Source: Acidobacteriota bacterium (GTDB lineage: Bacteria > Acidobacteriota > UBA6911 > RPQK01 > JAJDTT01). From it: DNA of 64,000 bases. The first letter of the stretch is position 1. Every line of letters begins with the position of its first letter. A model generated the notes under the pieces. It had not been told where the DNA came from. It ran no database searches and was given only the letters and a program-made list of their open reading frames with translations. Below are positions 1 to 8,493 of the stretch, in pieces. Made by a program: the position numbers and the translations under genes. The stretch lies in the NCBI GenBank assembly GCA_965217775.1, contig CBDCJH010000002.1, positions 3,680,001-3,744,000 on the forward strand. Reading direction: 5' to 3'.

Positions 1-1
1 C

Positions 2-391
2 CACTTCCTGATGCGGCAGATCGGCCTGCTGGGATCGGACCTGTTGGTCTATTCGGGAAATGACGAAGTCTTCCTGTCCGGCCTGGTCATGGGGGCCAAA
101 GGAGGCATCGGTCTGACTTACAACTTCATGCCCCAGCTCTTCGTCGGAATCTACCAGGCCTTCCACGCCGGCGACCTGGCGCGGGCCCGGGAACTGCAAT
201 GGAAAGCCTGCGCCATGATCGACGTCCTGCTGGGAATCAGCGGGTCCCCACTTTCCGCGGCCAAGGTTCTGCTGCGGCACCTGGGATTCGAGGTGGGAGA
301 AGTTCGGCGGCCGATTCGCCCGTTGACCCGTCAGGATACGGAACTGGTGGTGGGCCGGATGTCTGAACTGGGGCTGGACCGGCGGAGCTGA
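2..391 (+). CDS. DHDPS/N-acetylneuraminate lyase family aldolase, 5'-truncated by window edge
   Basis: YSGNDE...GAKGGIGLTYNFMP...GDLARARELQ matches the C-terminal half of the DapA/NanA family; frame is open from base 2. Confidence 0.8.
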   Translation, partial: HFLMRQIGLLGSDLLVYSGNDEVFLSGLVMGAKGGIGLTYNFMPQLFVGIYQAFHAGDLARARELQWKACAMIDVLLGISGSPLSAAKVLLRHLGFEVGEVRRPIRPLTRQDTELVVGRMSELGLDRRS

Positions 392-437
392 CGGCCGGCG
401 GCGGCTTCCGCGAAGTTCGACTGCATTGCGCCCCGGG

Positions 438-1373
438 TCAAGGCTCCTGCTGGAGCCGTTCTTCGATCTGGCTCACGCGGATCACGCCGTGCTCGGCGTC
501 GTAGGGGAGTCCGCGGGTGGCGGCCACCCGGTCGATGAAGCTCAGGCCCAACGGACCCGCATAGATCTCGGGAGTGCTGAAAGCCGGGTCCTCCAGGGCT
601 TCCGCCATGGAGATGAAGGAATATCCCCGTTCCTGGAGCATCCGGATCGTGTCCTCCAGGAAACTGGCGGTGGCGATGGCGCAATGGAGCCAGAGAATGT
701 GGGGGATGTTCCGGCCGAACACCGCCTGGGACTGGGCCTCGCCGTAGTCGACCGCCTCGCCCACATGCGCCAGGTAGATGGCCTTGAGCCTTTCCCGGAC
801 GGGGTCGTCGTTCTCGACGTCGAGAAAGATCCGGTTGAACCGGCGGTCTCCGGTCTTGATGGTGACCCGGGCAATCTCGTAACTGGCCCGGTAGAGCGCC
901 TTGGCCACCCGCTTCTTCTTCTTTTCGTTATCCCCTTGGTGGAGGTAGGGGAACCGCAGATAGCGGAATTTGAATCCTCTCCGGGATCTGGCCAGCAGCT
1001 TCAGATACTTCTGGCCGTCGCTCACGTGCTCCAGAAACTCCCTGGCCTTCAACTGGTGAAGATCGACGTGGGCGAAGGTGTGGTTGCCCACGATGTGCCC
1101 CGCGTCCGCCCAGTCCTCCAGCACGACGAAGGTGGCCAAGTCTTCCTGAATGCGCTCCTCCACCACGAAACCGGCCGCAGGAATGTCCTGCCGCTTCAGA
1201 GTGCGCAGGATCATGTTGCTGATTTCCCGGGGCCGCCAGTAGCCCACGGGTCCCAAGACCGGGAGATCGTCGAAGGTCAGAGCGATTTTTCGGTCCGGCT
1301 CGGCAAGTCCGGGAACCGGTAGAAGAAAGATAAGAAGGAGCGGCAAGCCGATTCGCCGGCCGAGTTGCCTCAT
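438..1373 (-). CDS. Polysaccharide deacetylase family protein (secreted)
   Basis: Signal peptide, IALTFDDLP motif, GNHTFAH metal-binding motif, RFPY. Confidence 0.85.
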   Translation of the reverse strand: MRQLGRRIGLPLLLIFLLPVPGLAEPDRKIALTFDDLPVLGPVGYWRPREISNMILRTLKRQDIPAAGFVVEERIQEDLATFVVLEDWADAGHIVGNHTFAHVDLHQLKAREFLEHVSDGQKYLKLLARSRRGFKFRYLRFPYLHQGDNEKKKKRVAKALYRASYEIARVTIKTGDRRFNRIFLDVENDDPVRERLKAIYLAHVGEAVDYGEAQSQAVFGRNIPHILWLHCAIATASFLEDTIRMLQERGYSFISMAEALEDPAFSTPEIYAGPLGLSFIDRVAATRGLPYDAEHGVIRVSQIEERLQQEP

Positions 1374-1397
1374 TTTCCTTTTCCTCCAATCCGGAGG

Positions 1398-2369
1398 TCA
1401 GGAAGTCAGAAGAAGAACCTTGCCTGTGGTCTTCCGTCCCTCCAGCGCCCGATGCGCCGCCTCGGCCTCCGCCAGCGGGTAGGTCGAACCGATGCGCACC
1501 TTCAGATCTCCTTCAGAGTACCACTGGAACAGGTCATCGGCGCGACCCATCAGCTCTTCCCGGGTGAGGGCGTAGTGATTCAGGCTGGGACGCGTCAGGA
1601 AGAGGGACCCCTTCTGGTTCAGGATCTGGGGATCGAAGGAGTCCACAGGCCCACTGGACTGGCCGAAGAGGACCAGGTAGCCCCTGGGCCGCAGGCAGTT
1701 CAGGCTCCTTTCGAAGGTCGTCTTGGCCACCGAGTCGTAGACCACGTTCACTCCGGCCCCGCCGGTCAGGCGGTCCACCTCGACCTGGAAATCCTGCTCC
1801 GTATAGAGGATGGCATGGTCGGCGCCCGCCTGGCGGGCCAGTTCCGCTTTGGCCTCGGTCGAGACCGTCCCGATGACGGAGGCCCCCAGGCGTTTGGCGA
1901 TCTGCACCAGTAGAAGACCGACTCCGCCGGCCGCCGCATGGACCAGAGCCGTGTCGCCCTCGCCCAAGGGGTAGGACCCGTGGGCCAGGTAGTGGGCCGT
2001 GAGACCCTGCACCATGAGGGTGGCCGCGGCCGAAGTGTCCATTTCGTCGGGGAGGACGATCAGTTTCGACGCGTCCACCGCCGCTCGTTGAGCGTAGGAG
2101 CCCAGGGTCATGGCGTAGGAGACCCGATCGCCGGCGCGAATCCCTTCCACCTGAGCACCCACTTCAAGAACGATTCCGGCGCCTTCCACCCCCGGAGTGA
2201 AGGGCACGGGAACCGGATAGTAACCGTACCGATGGTAGGTATCGATGTAGTTGACCCCGGCGACTTCGATCTCCACCAGGGCCTGGGCCGGACCGATCGC
2301 CGGCTCCGGCGTCTCCTCGTACCGGAGGACTTCGGGACCCCCGTTTTCGTTCACACGGATAGCTTTCAT
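1398..2369 (-). CDS. qor: NADPH:quinone oxidoreductase (zeta-crystallin/MDR family)
   Basis: MKAIRV...GGPEVL, GVNYID, PGVEGAG, HAAAGGVG, FGQSSG, RKTTGKVLL. Confidence 0.9.
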   Translation of the reverse strand: MKAIRVNENGGPEVLRYEETPEPAIGPAQALVEIEVAGVNYIDTYHRYGYYPVPVPFTPGVEGAGIVLEVGAQVEGIRAGDRVSYAMTLGSYAQRAAVDASKLIVLPDEMDTSAAATLMVQGLTAHYLAHGSYPLGEGDTALVHAAAGGVGLLLVQIAKRLGASVIGTVSTEAKAELARQAGADHAILYTEQDFQVEVDRLTGGAGVNVVYDSVAKTTFERSLNCLRPRGYLVLFGQSSGPVDSFDPQILNQKGSLFLTRPSLNHYALTREELMGRADDLFQWYSEGDLKVRIGSTYPLAEAEAAHRALEGRKTTGKVLLLTS

Positions 2370-2659
2370 AGGCTGATTCCCAGTCAACGGCCCGGATTCC
2401 CATGCTCCACCGAGGTCCCCCTCCGGGCGATCCGGGCTTTAGTGTAAGCGGGAGTATAGCTTCCGGAGAGAAGTGAGGGAAGACGTGGAGTGAGTAACTC
2501 GGGGCAGGCCACGGGGAAAACCGAGGGGGTTGAACCAACCCCGTTTTCCCAAAAACTCCCTCTCCCCTCTTTCCTCTTTCCTCATTCCTCTTTTCTCTTC
2601 TTGGTGTTATGATGCCGAAAAATAAGGTTCGTCAAGTGACTGAAATGAAGGGGATAAAG

Positions 2660-3142
2660 ATGCCAAGAGTGGCCCTGTTCGTTTTGTTGGTCATGTTTCT
2701 GACATTTCCGGCCCTGGGCCAGGATCGCGTCGAAATGACGTCTCCGGTCATCAGGACGACGGTCGAAGACATCATCCTCTCCGTCGACCTCACCGATTTC
2801 TCGGCCGGGAACTCCTACCGGCTCGGATTCGGCACCGCGAAAGGCCAGATCAAGGCCCGTTTGCAATTGGTCAAGGGCACGGAAGACGTGCCCTTCCCGA
2901 AGATGGATTTCGTCCAGGGACACACCAGCACTTGGTGGCAGGTGCCGCAGATCTCCGCCCGCGGCTGGAGCCTGGAGGGAGCCAACCTGCCCAAGGCAGG
3001 CGAACGGCTCACCTTCAGGGTGTTGATCTCCCGCGCCGACGCCAAGGAAATCACCAAGATCTACCTTCTCATCTCACGCAGCTACGGTCCCGATCTCTGG
3101 TACCTGGAAGACGGTGTGGAGATGGATCAATCCATGTGGTGA
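2660..3142 (+). CDS. Secreted hypothetical protein
   Basis: Purine-rich RBS, signal peptide (PALG|Q), GC-rich codon usage; no family recognised. Confidence 0.65.
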   Translation: MPRVALFVLLVMFLTFPALGQDRVEMTSPVIRTTVEDIILSVDLTDFSAGNSYRLGFGTAKGQIKARLQLVKGTEDVPFPKMDFVQGHTSTWWQVPQISARGWSLEGANLPKAGERLTFRVLISRADAKEITKIYLLISRSYGPDLWYLEDGVEMDQSMW

Positions 3143-3204
3143 GCCGTTTCCATCCCCGATCGGCCGCCCGACCCTGTTTCTCTTGAGTTCCTGAACTTCC
3201 TTCG

Positions 3205-5781
3205 ATGCGGACCCTTCTCGACCTGATCCCCCATCTGCAGGGGCAGGCCGGTGAAGCGGTTCGTTTCGACGACGGCCTGCGCACCCGCATCCTCTCCTAC
3301 CCCGAATTGTGGCGCAATATCGCCTCCTTCGCCTGTCATCTCAGGGAAAGGGGCATCCGGAAGGGAGACCGGCTCCTGCTCTGGGGAGAGAATGGACCGG
3401 AGTGGGTCATCGTCTTCTGGAGTTGCGTATCCCAGGGAGTGCAGGTCGTCCCTGTGGACTCCAATTCCAGCCCGGAGCTGGTGGATCGGATCCAGGACAA
3501 GGTCCAGGCGCGCCTGCTGGTGCACGGCCGGGAGGTCAACCCGGAGACCAGCGTGGAACGCCTGTCGTACCGGGACTTGGCCGCGTTCAAGCCCCGGAGC
3601 GAGACGCTCCCTCAGGTCCGGCTGGAGCCGGACGACCCGGTGGAGATCGTCTTCACCTCCGGCACCACGGGGTCGCCCAAAGGAGTCATCCACCGCCACC
3701 GGAACATCTGCGCCAACCTGACGCCCTTCGCCCGTGAGATCGCCCGCTACCGGAAATATGCCCGACCGTTCCAACCCGTCCGGTTCCTGAATCTGTTGCC
3801 CCTGAGCCACATGTTCGGTCAGTCGGCCGGACTCTTCATTCCCGTCATCCTGGGGGGCGGCGTGGTGTTCATGTCCGAACTCCACCCGGCCGCGATCCTG
3901 GACTGCATCCGCCGACACCGGGTCTCGGTCCTGGTTTCGGTGCCCCGGGTTCTGACCAGTCTGGAGCGGCGGGTCCGCAAGGAGGTCCGGATTCCCGCGG
4001 GGCGGGTGACGAGACGAGGGCTGCCGGGGGTGGCCGCCCGCTGGTGGAAGTACCGGCAGGTGCACCGGACGTTGGGCTGGAAGTTCTGGGCCATCGTGGT
4101 AGGCGGCGCCCGGCTGGAGTTGCGGCAGGAAGAGTGGTGGTCCGAACTTGGGTTCGCGCTGCTTCAGGGGTACGGTCTCACCGAGAGCAGTCCCGTGGTA
4201 GCCGTGAACCACCCCTTTCGACCTCGGCGGGGTGCCTTGGGACGGCCCCTCGCCGGACAGGAGGTCCGGCTGGCTCCGGACGGCGAGATCCTGGTTCGGG
4301 GGGAGAGTGTCGCCACCGAGTACCTGACCTCCAGGAGCGAGACCCGGAAGATCCTGGACCAGGGCTGGTTCCGGACCGGCGACGTGGGCGAGCTGGACGA
4401 GACGGGCGTGCTCTACTACAAGGGCCGCAAGAAGGACCTGATCGTGACGGCCGACGGCCTCAACGTGCACCCCCAGGACGTGGAATCGATCCTGAACCGG
4501 CTTCCGGGCGTTCGGGACAGCGTTGTGGTGCCCGCCCCCAGCCCGGTGGGCGACGTGGTCCACGCGGCCCTGATCCCGGCGGACGGGAAGGCGGACCTGG
4601 CCGAGACGATCCGTCTCGCCAACCGGCGCCTGGAAGCCCACCAGCGAATCCGGGGCTGGTCCGTCTGGCCGGAGGAGGACTTCCCGAGAACCCCGTCGAC
4701 CTGGAAGGTCCGGCGCCATCAGGTGGCCCACCATGTCGCCGAGGGGCAGGCGACGCCTCTCCGGGAGACCGTCTCCCCGGCCCGAGCCATCCTGGCCCAG
4801 CTCACGGGCCGCGACCCACGGCAGATCCGCGGGAACCAGCGCCTGGACGAGGACCTGGGACTGTCCTCCCTGGACCGGGTCGACCTCCTCTCCCGGCTGG
4901 AGGACCGCCGGGAACTGGAGCTCGACGAAGAGGGAATGGCCGGCATCTGCACGGTCCAGGAACTGGAGGCGGCCCTGACCGGTTCGGCGGTGGCCGGCCA
5001 GAGTGCCGCGGAAATAGGAGACGAACGGAGCCCCAGCGCTTCCCCGCTCCCGGACCGAGTCGAGACTCCCCTGCCCTACTGGACCCGCCGGGCGCCCGTC
5101 CGCTGGGCGCGAACCGGCCTGCGGGAAGGCTTCATGATTCCGCTCCTTCGTAACCGGCTTCCTCTGACGGTGGCTGGCACCGATCTGTTGAAGCGGCTCC
5201 GTCCACCGGTGATCTTCGCCGCGAACCACGTCAGCCATCTGGACACGCCGGTGATTCTGGCGGCGCTGCCTCCGTCCTGGCGTCGGCGGCTGGTCCCGGC
5301 CATGGCCCAGGAGTGGTTCCTGCCCCACTTTCGCCCCGGCGGGTTCTCGTGGAGGGAGAGACTCTCCGCCAGCCTCCAGTACGTCCTGGCGTGCGGCTGC
5401 TTCAACGCCTACCCTCTCCCCCAGAGGATGGGGGGGATCCGGCGTAGCCTCCGCTATACGGGCGAGCTCCTGGACCATGGGTTCTGCCCCCTGCTCTTTC
5501 CCGAGGGACGGCGGTCTCCCGACGGCGCTCTCGGGAGCTTCCAGGCCGGAATCGGCCTCATGGGCGTGCGGCTGGAGGTCCCGGTGGTTCCCGTCTACGT
5601 GGAGGGACTGTTCCAGGTGTTCCCGGCCGGCAGCCGATGGCCCAAGAGGGGTCCGGTCGCGGTGACCTTCGGCGAGCCGGTACGGTTGGACCAGGGACAA
5701 GGATACGCCGAGGGGGCTGAAGCGGTGCGGCGGGCCGTCCAGAAGCTGATTCCTAAGGAAACAAGTGACGTCCATGTTTGA
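3205..5781 (+). CDS. AMP-dependent acyl ligase + acyl carrier + PlsC acyltransferase fusion
   Basis: FTSGTTGSPKG, GYGLTE, RTGD; LGLSSL carrier motif; NHVSHLD and FPEGRRS acyltransferase motifs. Confidence 0.9.
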   Translation: MRTLLDLIPHLQGQAGEAVRFDDGLRTRILSYPELWRNIASFACHLRERGIRKGDRLLLWGENGPEWVIVFWSCVSQGVQVVPVDSNSSPELVDRIQDKVQARLLVHGREVNPETSVERLSYRDLAAFKPRSETLPQVRLEPDDPVEIVFTSGTTGSPKGVIHRHRNICANLTPFAREIARYRKYARPFQPVRFLNLLPLSHMFGQSAGLFIPVILGGGVVFMSELHPAAILDCIRRHRVSVLVSVPRVLTSLERRVRKEVRIPAGRVTRRGLPGVAARWWKYRQVHRTLGWKFWAIVVGGARLELRQEEWWSELGFALLQGYGLTESSPVVAVNHPFRPRRGALGRPLAGQEVRLAPDGEILVRGESVATEYLTSRSETRKILDQGWFRTGDVGELDETGVLYYKGRKKDLIVTADGLNVHPQDVESILNRLPGVRDSVVVPAPSPVGDVVHAALIPADGKADLAETIRLANRRLEAHQRIRGWSVWPEEDFPRTPSTWKVRRHQVAHHVAEGQATPLRETVSPARAILAQLTGRDPRQIRGNQRLDEDLGLSSLDRVDLLSRLEDRRELELDEEGMAGICTVQELEAALTGSAVAGQSAAEIGDERSPSASPLPDRVETPLPYWTRRAPVRWARTGLREGFMIPLLRNRLPLTVAGTDLLKRLRPPVIFAANHVSHLDTPVILAALPPSWRRRLVPAMAQEWFLPHFRPGGFSWRERLSASLQYVLACGCFNAYPLPQRMGGIRRSLRYTGELLDHGFCPLLFPEGRRSPDGALGSFQAGIGLMGVRLEVPVVPVYVEGLFQVFPAGSRWPKRGPVAVTFGEPVRLDQGQGYAEGAEAVRRAVQKLIPKETSDVHV

Positions 5782-5797
5782 ACTGGCGCCCCGGGAC

Positions 5798-6018
5798 CGG
5801 CGACTTTCTTGTCGCCGACCGGGAGCGGCGGCTTTCTTGCCGCCGACCAGGGGGGGCAGGGGGGACGGAGTCCCCACTCTACACTTCTCCTCCCTCTACA
5901 CTTCCCGGCCACCAAATCGCATAGCAACACTGAAGAGCAGGCGGCAAGAAAACCGCCTGTCCCAGTGGGCGACAAGAAAGTCGCCCCTCCTAGCAGGCGA
6001 CAAAAATGTCGCCCCACC
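5798..6018. repeat. REP/REPIN-like composite palindromic element, copy 1
   Basis: Hairpins CGGCGACTTTCTTGTCGCCG and GGAGCGGCGGCTTTCTTGCCGCCG, then inverted GGGCGACAAGAAAGTCGCCCCTCC; colinear with 28301-28496. Confidence 0.8.
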
Positions 6019-6069
6019 AAGGCCCCTCCCAGGGCCCTGACCCATGTCCCACAAGTAGAGGATAACGAC

Positions 6070-7221
6070 ATGCCAAGAGTCCAAGAGTGCACGCAGCGAG
6101 AGCTTCCCGAGGTCATCGGTCTGGTGGACGACGCCATGCGCCAGGGCATGGACCAGACCATGCTCACCGACTACCCCCTGGTCTACCAGGAGAGCAACCA
6201 TCCCAACATCCGTGTCATCAAGGTGGCCGGCCGGGTGGTGAGCGTGGTTCCCTTCCTGCTCCGCACCGTCGACGTGGAAGACGTCTCCTTCACCATCGGC
6301 ATAATCTCGCCGACGGCGACGGCTCCGGAGCACCGCCACCGGGGATACGGACTCGCCTGCCTCAGGAGCTGCCTGCGGAGCATGGAGGCGATGGGATGCG
6401 ACCTGTCGGTGCTCTGGACCCAGATCGCCACCTTTCCCTTCTACCAGCACGGAGCCTTCGAACCGGTCCGATACCAGGAATGGATCTACAACTGCACCCG
6501 CGAGGACGGCCGCCGTTTCGGGAACCATGGAGAGCGGATCGTGCGCTACGACCCGGCGGCCGGAACTCACCTGGACCGGATCCGGTCCATGCACGAGAAG
6601 GAAGGCTACGGCGTGCGGCGGTCCCGCTCCGAGTGGGAGGCACTCCTCCAGCTTCCCCTGATGCACACCCTGTTGGCCGAAGCGGACGGTTTCGCCACCG
6701 GCTACCTGATCGTCTCCGACGCCGGCAACAAACCGGGCCTCATCGAAGCGGGCGGCAGCGTGGAGGCCGTCGAGACCCTGTATTCGCACGCCCTTCGCAA
6801 CTTGCCGGAGGGCGGCCAGATCCAATCCTACGACCCCCTCACCGGCTCGACGGCGGGGCGCCTGCTGGAGCAGAAGCTTCCCGGACGGCGGCAACTGACC
6901 ACCAAGTCCATGATGATCCGCATCAACTGCCCCGCGGCATTCCTGCGCAAGATCCGCCCCTGGCTGGAGCGTCAGACGGGATCCGGCGGGGAAGAGTTCT
7001 CGATCGGGGTCACCGACGCCGCCGAGCAGATCAGCTTCCGCTCCACCAAGGAAGGTCTGATCCTAGGGCAGGAGCCGCTGGAGCGGCACTACGAGCTGTC
7101 GAGACGGGAGCTGACGTCGCTGGTCTTCGGTCCGCATCCGGTTCGTGGCGAAGAGGCCACCGGGATCGAAACGCCGCCGTTCCCCTTCTACTTCCCGCTG
7201 TGGCAACTGGACCAGAGCTGA
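6070..7221 (+). CDS. GNAT family N-acetyltransferase (Eis-like)
   Basis: ATAPEHRHRGYG acetyl-CoA motif, FYQHGAF; AGAGGA RBS before ATG 6070. Confidence 0.8.
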   Translation: MPRVQECTQRELPEVIGLVDDAMRQGMDQTMLTDYPLVYQESNHPNIRVIKVAGRVVSVVPFLLRTVDVEDVSFTIGIISPTATAPEHRHRGYGLACLRSCLRSMEAMGCDLSVLWTQIATFPFYQHGAFEPVRYQEWIYNCTREDGRRFGNHGERIVRYDPAAGTHLDRIRSMHEKEGYGVRRSRSEWEALLQLPLMHTLLAEADGFATGYLIVSDAGNKPGLIEAGGSVEAVETLYSHALRNLPEGGQIQSYDPLTGSTAGRLLEQKLPGRRQLTTKSMMIRINCPAAFLRKIRPWLERQTGSGGEEFSIGVTDAAEQISFRSTKEGLILGQEPLERHYELSRRELTSLVFGPHPVRGEEATGIETPPFPFYFPLWQLDQS

Positions 7222-7283
7222 CAAGCTCGCGTCGCTGTCCGGGTCGCCAAAATCGTCGATCCCGGGGAAAACATCCAAAGGAT

Positions 7284-8105
7284 TCAAGGAGCAATGGTCC
7301 GGGCCACCCGGATGCCGATGCCGAAGGTCCCGCCGGTCGTGTACCCGAGGCGGTACGCGGAGCGCAGGGACCCGGGGTCGCTGACCAGGGAGCCGCCGCG
7401 CATGACGCGCAGGGAACAGTCCCCACGCTCCCACGCCGTTCCGTCCGCCGGCGCTTCCCGGTAACTCTCGTTCCAACAGTCCAGTGTCCACTCCCACACG
7501 TTCCCGTGCACGTCATGCAGGCCCCATCCGTTCGGTGCGAAGGATCCCACCGGCGCCGTCCGCCGATCGTCCCATCGGCTGCCGCAGCCCCGGCAGTTCG
7601 CGCGGTTGCGGCCGATCCCGTTCCCCCAACTGTACGCCGTCGCCGTCCCCGCCCGCGCCGCATACTCCCACTCCACCTCGCTCGGCAGCCGGTACCGCCG
7701 TCCCGTCTCAGCCGACAGCCACTTCGTATACGCCACCGCGTCCGCCCAAGACACGTTGATCACCGGACGCCGCCCCCGGCCCCAGCCTTCGTCCTCCGCG
7801 CGCGCCCGGCCGGTCGCTTCCGTGAACCGGTCGTATTCCTCGAACGTCACCTCGTATCCGGACAGCTCGAACGCCTCCACCCTCACCTCATGCACCGGAT
7901 GCTCCCAGTCGACGCAGTCTTTATCCGAGACGCAGCCCATCCGGAAACTACCCCCGGGAATCTCCACCATCTCCGGCTCGTACGGCAGCCGTTCCGGCGC
8001 CCGAGGTTGGACGCGCTGTCTCCCCCCGGCATCCGCCCCGGGGCAGGTCAACAGGAGAATAACGACGACACTGAAGATCAGTCCGGGCATTTGGGATCGC
8101 TCCAC
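7284..8105 (-). CDS. Secreted FGE-sulfatase (SUMF1/CLec-fold) protein, DGR-target-like
   Basis: PEMVEIPGGSFRMG, RLPSEVEWEYAARAG, GLHDVHGNVWEW, RVMRGGS...GIRVARTI; alternative start ATG 8090. Confidence 0.9.
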   Translation of the reverse strand: MERSQMPGLIFSVVVILLLTCPGADAGGRQRVQPRAPERLPYEPEMVEIPGGSFRMGCVSDKDCVDWEHPVHEVRVEAFELSGYEVTFEEYDRFTEATGRARAEDEGWGRGRRPVINVSWADAVAYTKWLSAETGRRYRLPSEVEWEYAARAGTATAYSWGNGIGRNRANCRGCGSRWDDRRTAPVGSFAPNGWGLHDVHGNVWEWTLDCWNESYREAPADGTAWERGDCSLRVMRGGSLVSDPGSLRSAYRLGYTTGGTFGIGIRVARTIAP

Positions 8106-8144
8106 GTCAAGACCCGTGCCGGCAAGGTTTGGGCGCCACTCATC

Positions 8145-8390
8145 TTACCGTTCCGGCCGAAGGATTTGGTGCTCCAGGTTGGCCGCGGCCAGGGCAGTGC
8201 CCCGGTGCCTTGTGTAGGTTGCCTCGATCAGCCGCTCCGGAACATCCAGAACTGACGTCGGGATCCGGTCCCCCAGCAGGAACTTCGGCCGCCGCAGGAA
8301 GCGCTCGACAGTCGGAATCAAGCAGGCGAGGAAACAATCGTGTGACTCCAAAGCGAGGCCGATTTCGCGCGAGCGGTCGGCGCTACGCAT
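8145..8390 (-). pseudogene. avd: Truncated DGR accessory variability determinant (Avd, four-helix bundle)
   Basis: LIPTVERF..RPKFLLGDRI..SVLDV.ERLIEATYTR.R...LAAANL matches the N-terminal part of Avd; C-terminal helices missing. Confidence 0.75.
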
Positions 8391-8445
8391 ACGTCCCCCG
8401 CCGGGATTCCTCACTCAGTATCTGCCGATCAGCCTCAAGAAAAAA

Positions 8446-8464
8446 CCAGGGGCGCTGCCCCTGG
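8446..8464. other. GC-rich hairpin downstream of DGR target gene (homing cruciform candidate and/or terminator)
   Basis: Perfect 8-bp stem CCAGGGGC-N3-GCCCCTGG, 29 bp after the stop and following an ATCTTTAGATCTTTACCTCTT tract on the minus strand; followed by a T run. Confidence 0.7.
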
Positions 8465-8493
8465 ACCCCCTTAAGAGGTAAAGATCTAAAGAT

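Noticed and set aside
2440-2600. tRNA-like start (GCGGGAGTATAGC) and hairpin
   Set aside because: No T-loop GTTC motif or cloverleaf; probably just a divergent promoter region.
3127-5877. 916-aa minus-strand ORF and other long antisense ORFs (e.g. 6087-8255, 40709-42595, 45983-47728)
   Set aside because: Shadow frames of well-supported genes in GC-rich DNA; no motifs.
5809-6069. N-terminal extension of the GNAT ORF (similarly 53752-53910 for the GH109-like gene)
   Set aside because: Translated repeat sequence; better starts lie downstream.
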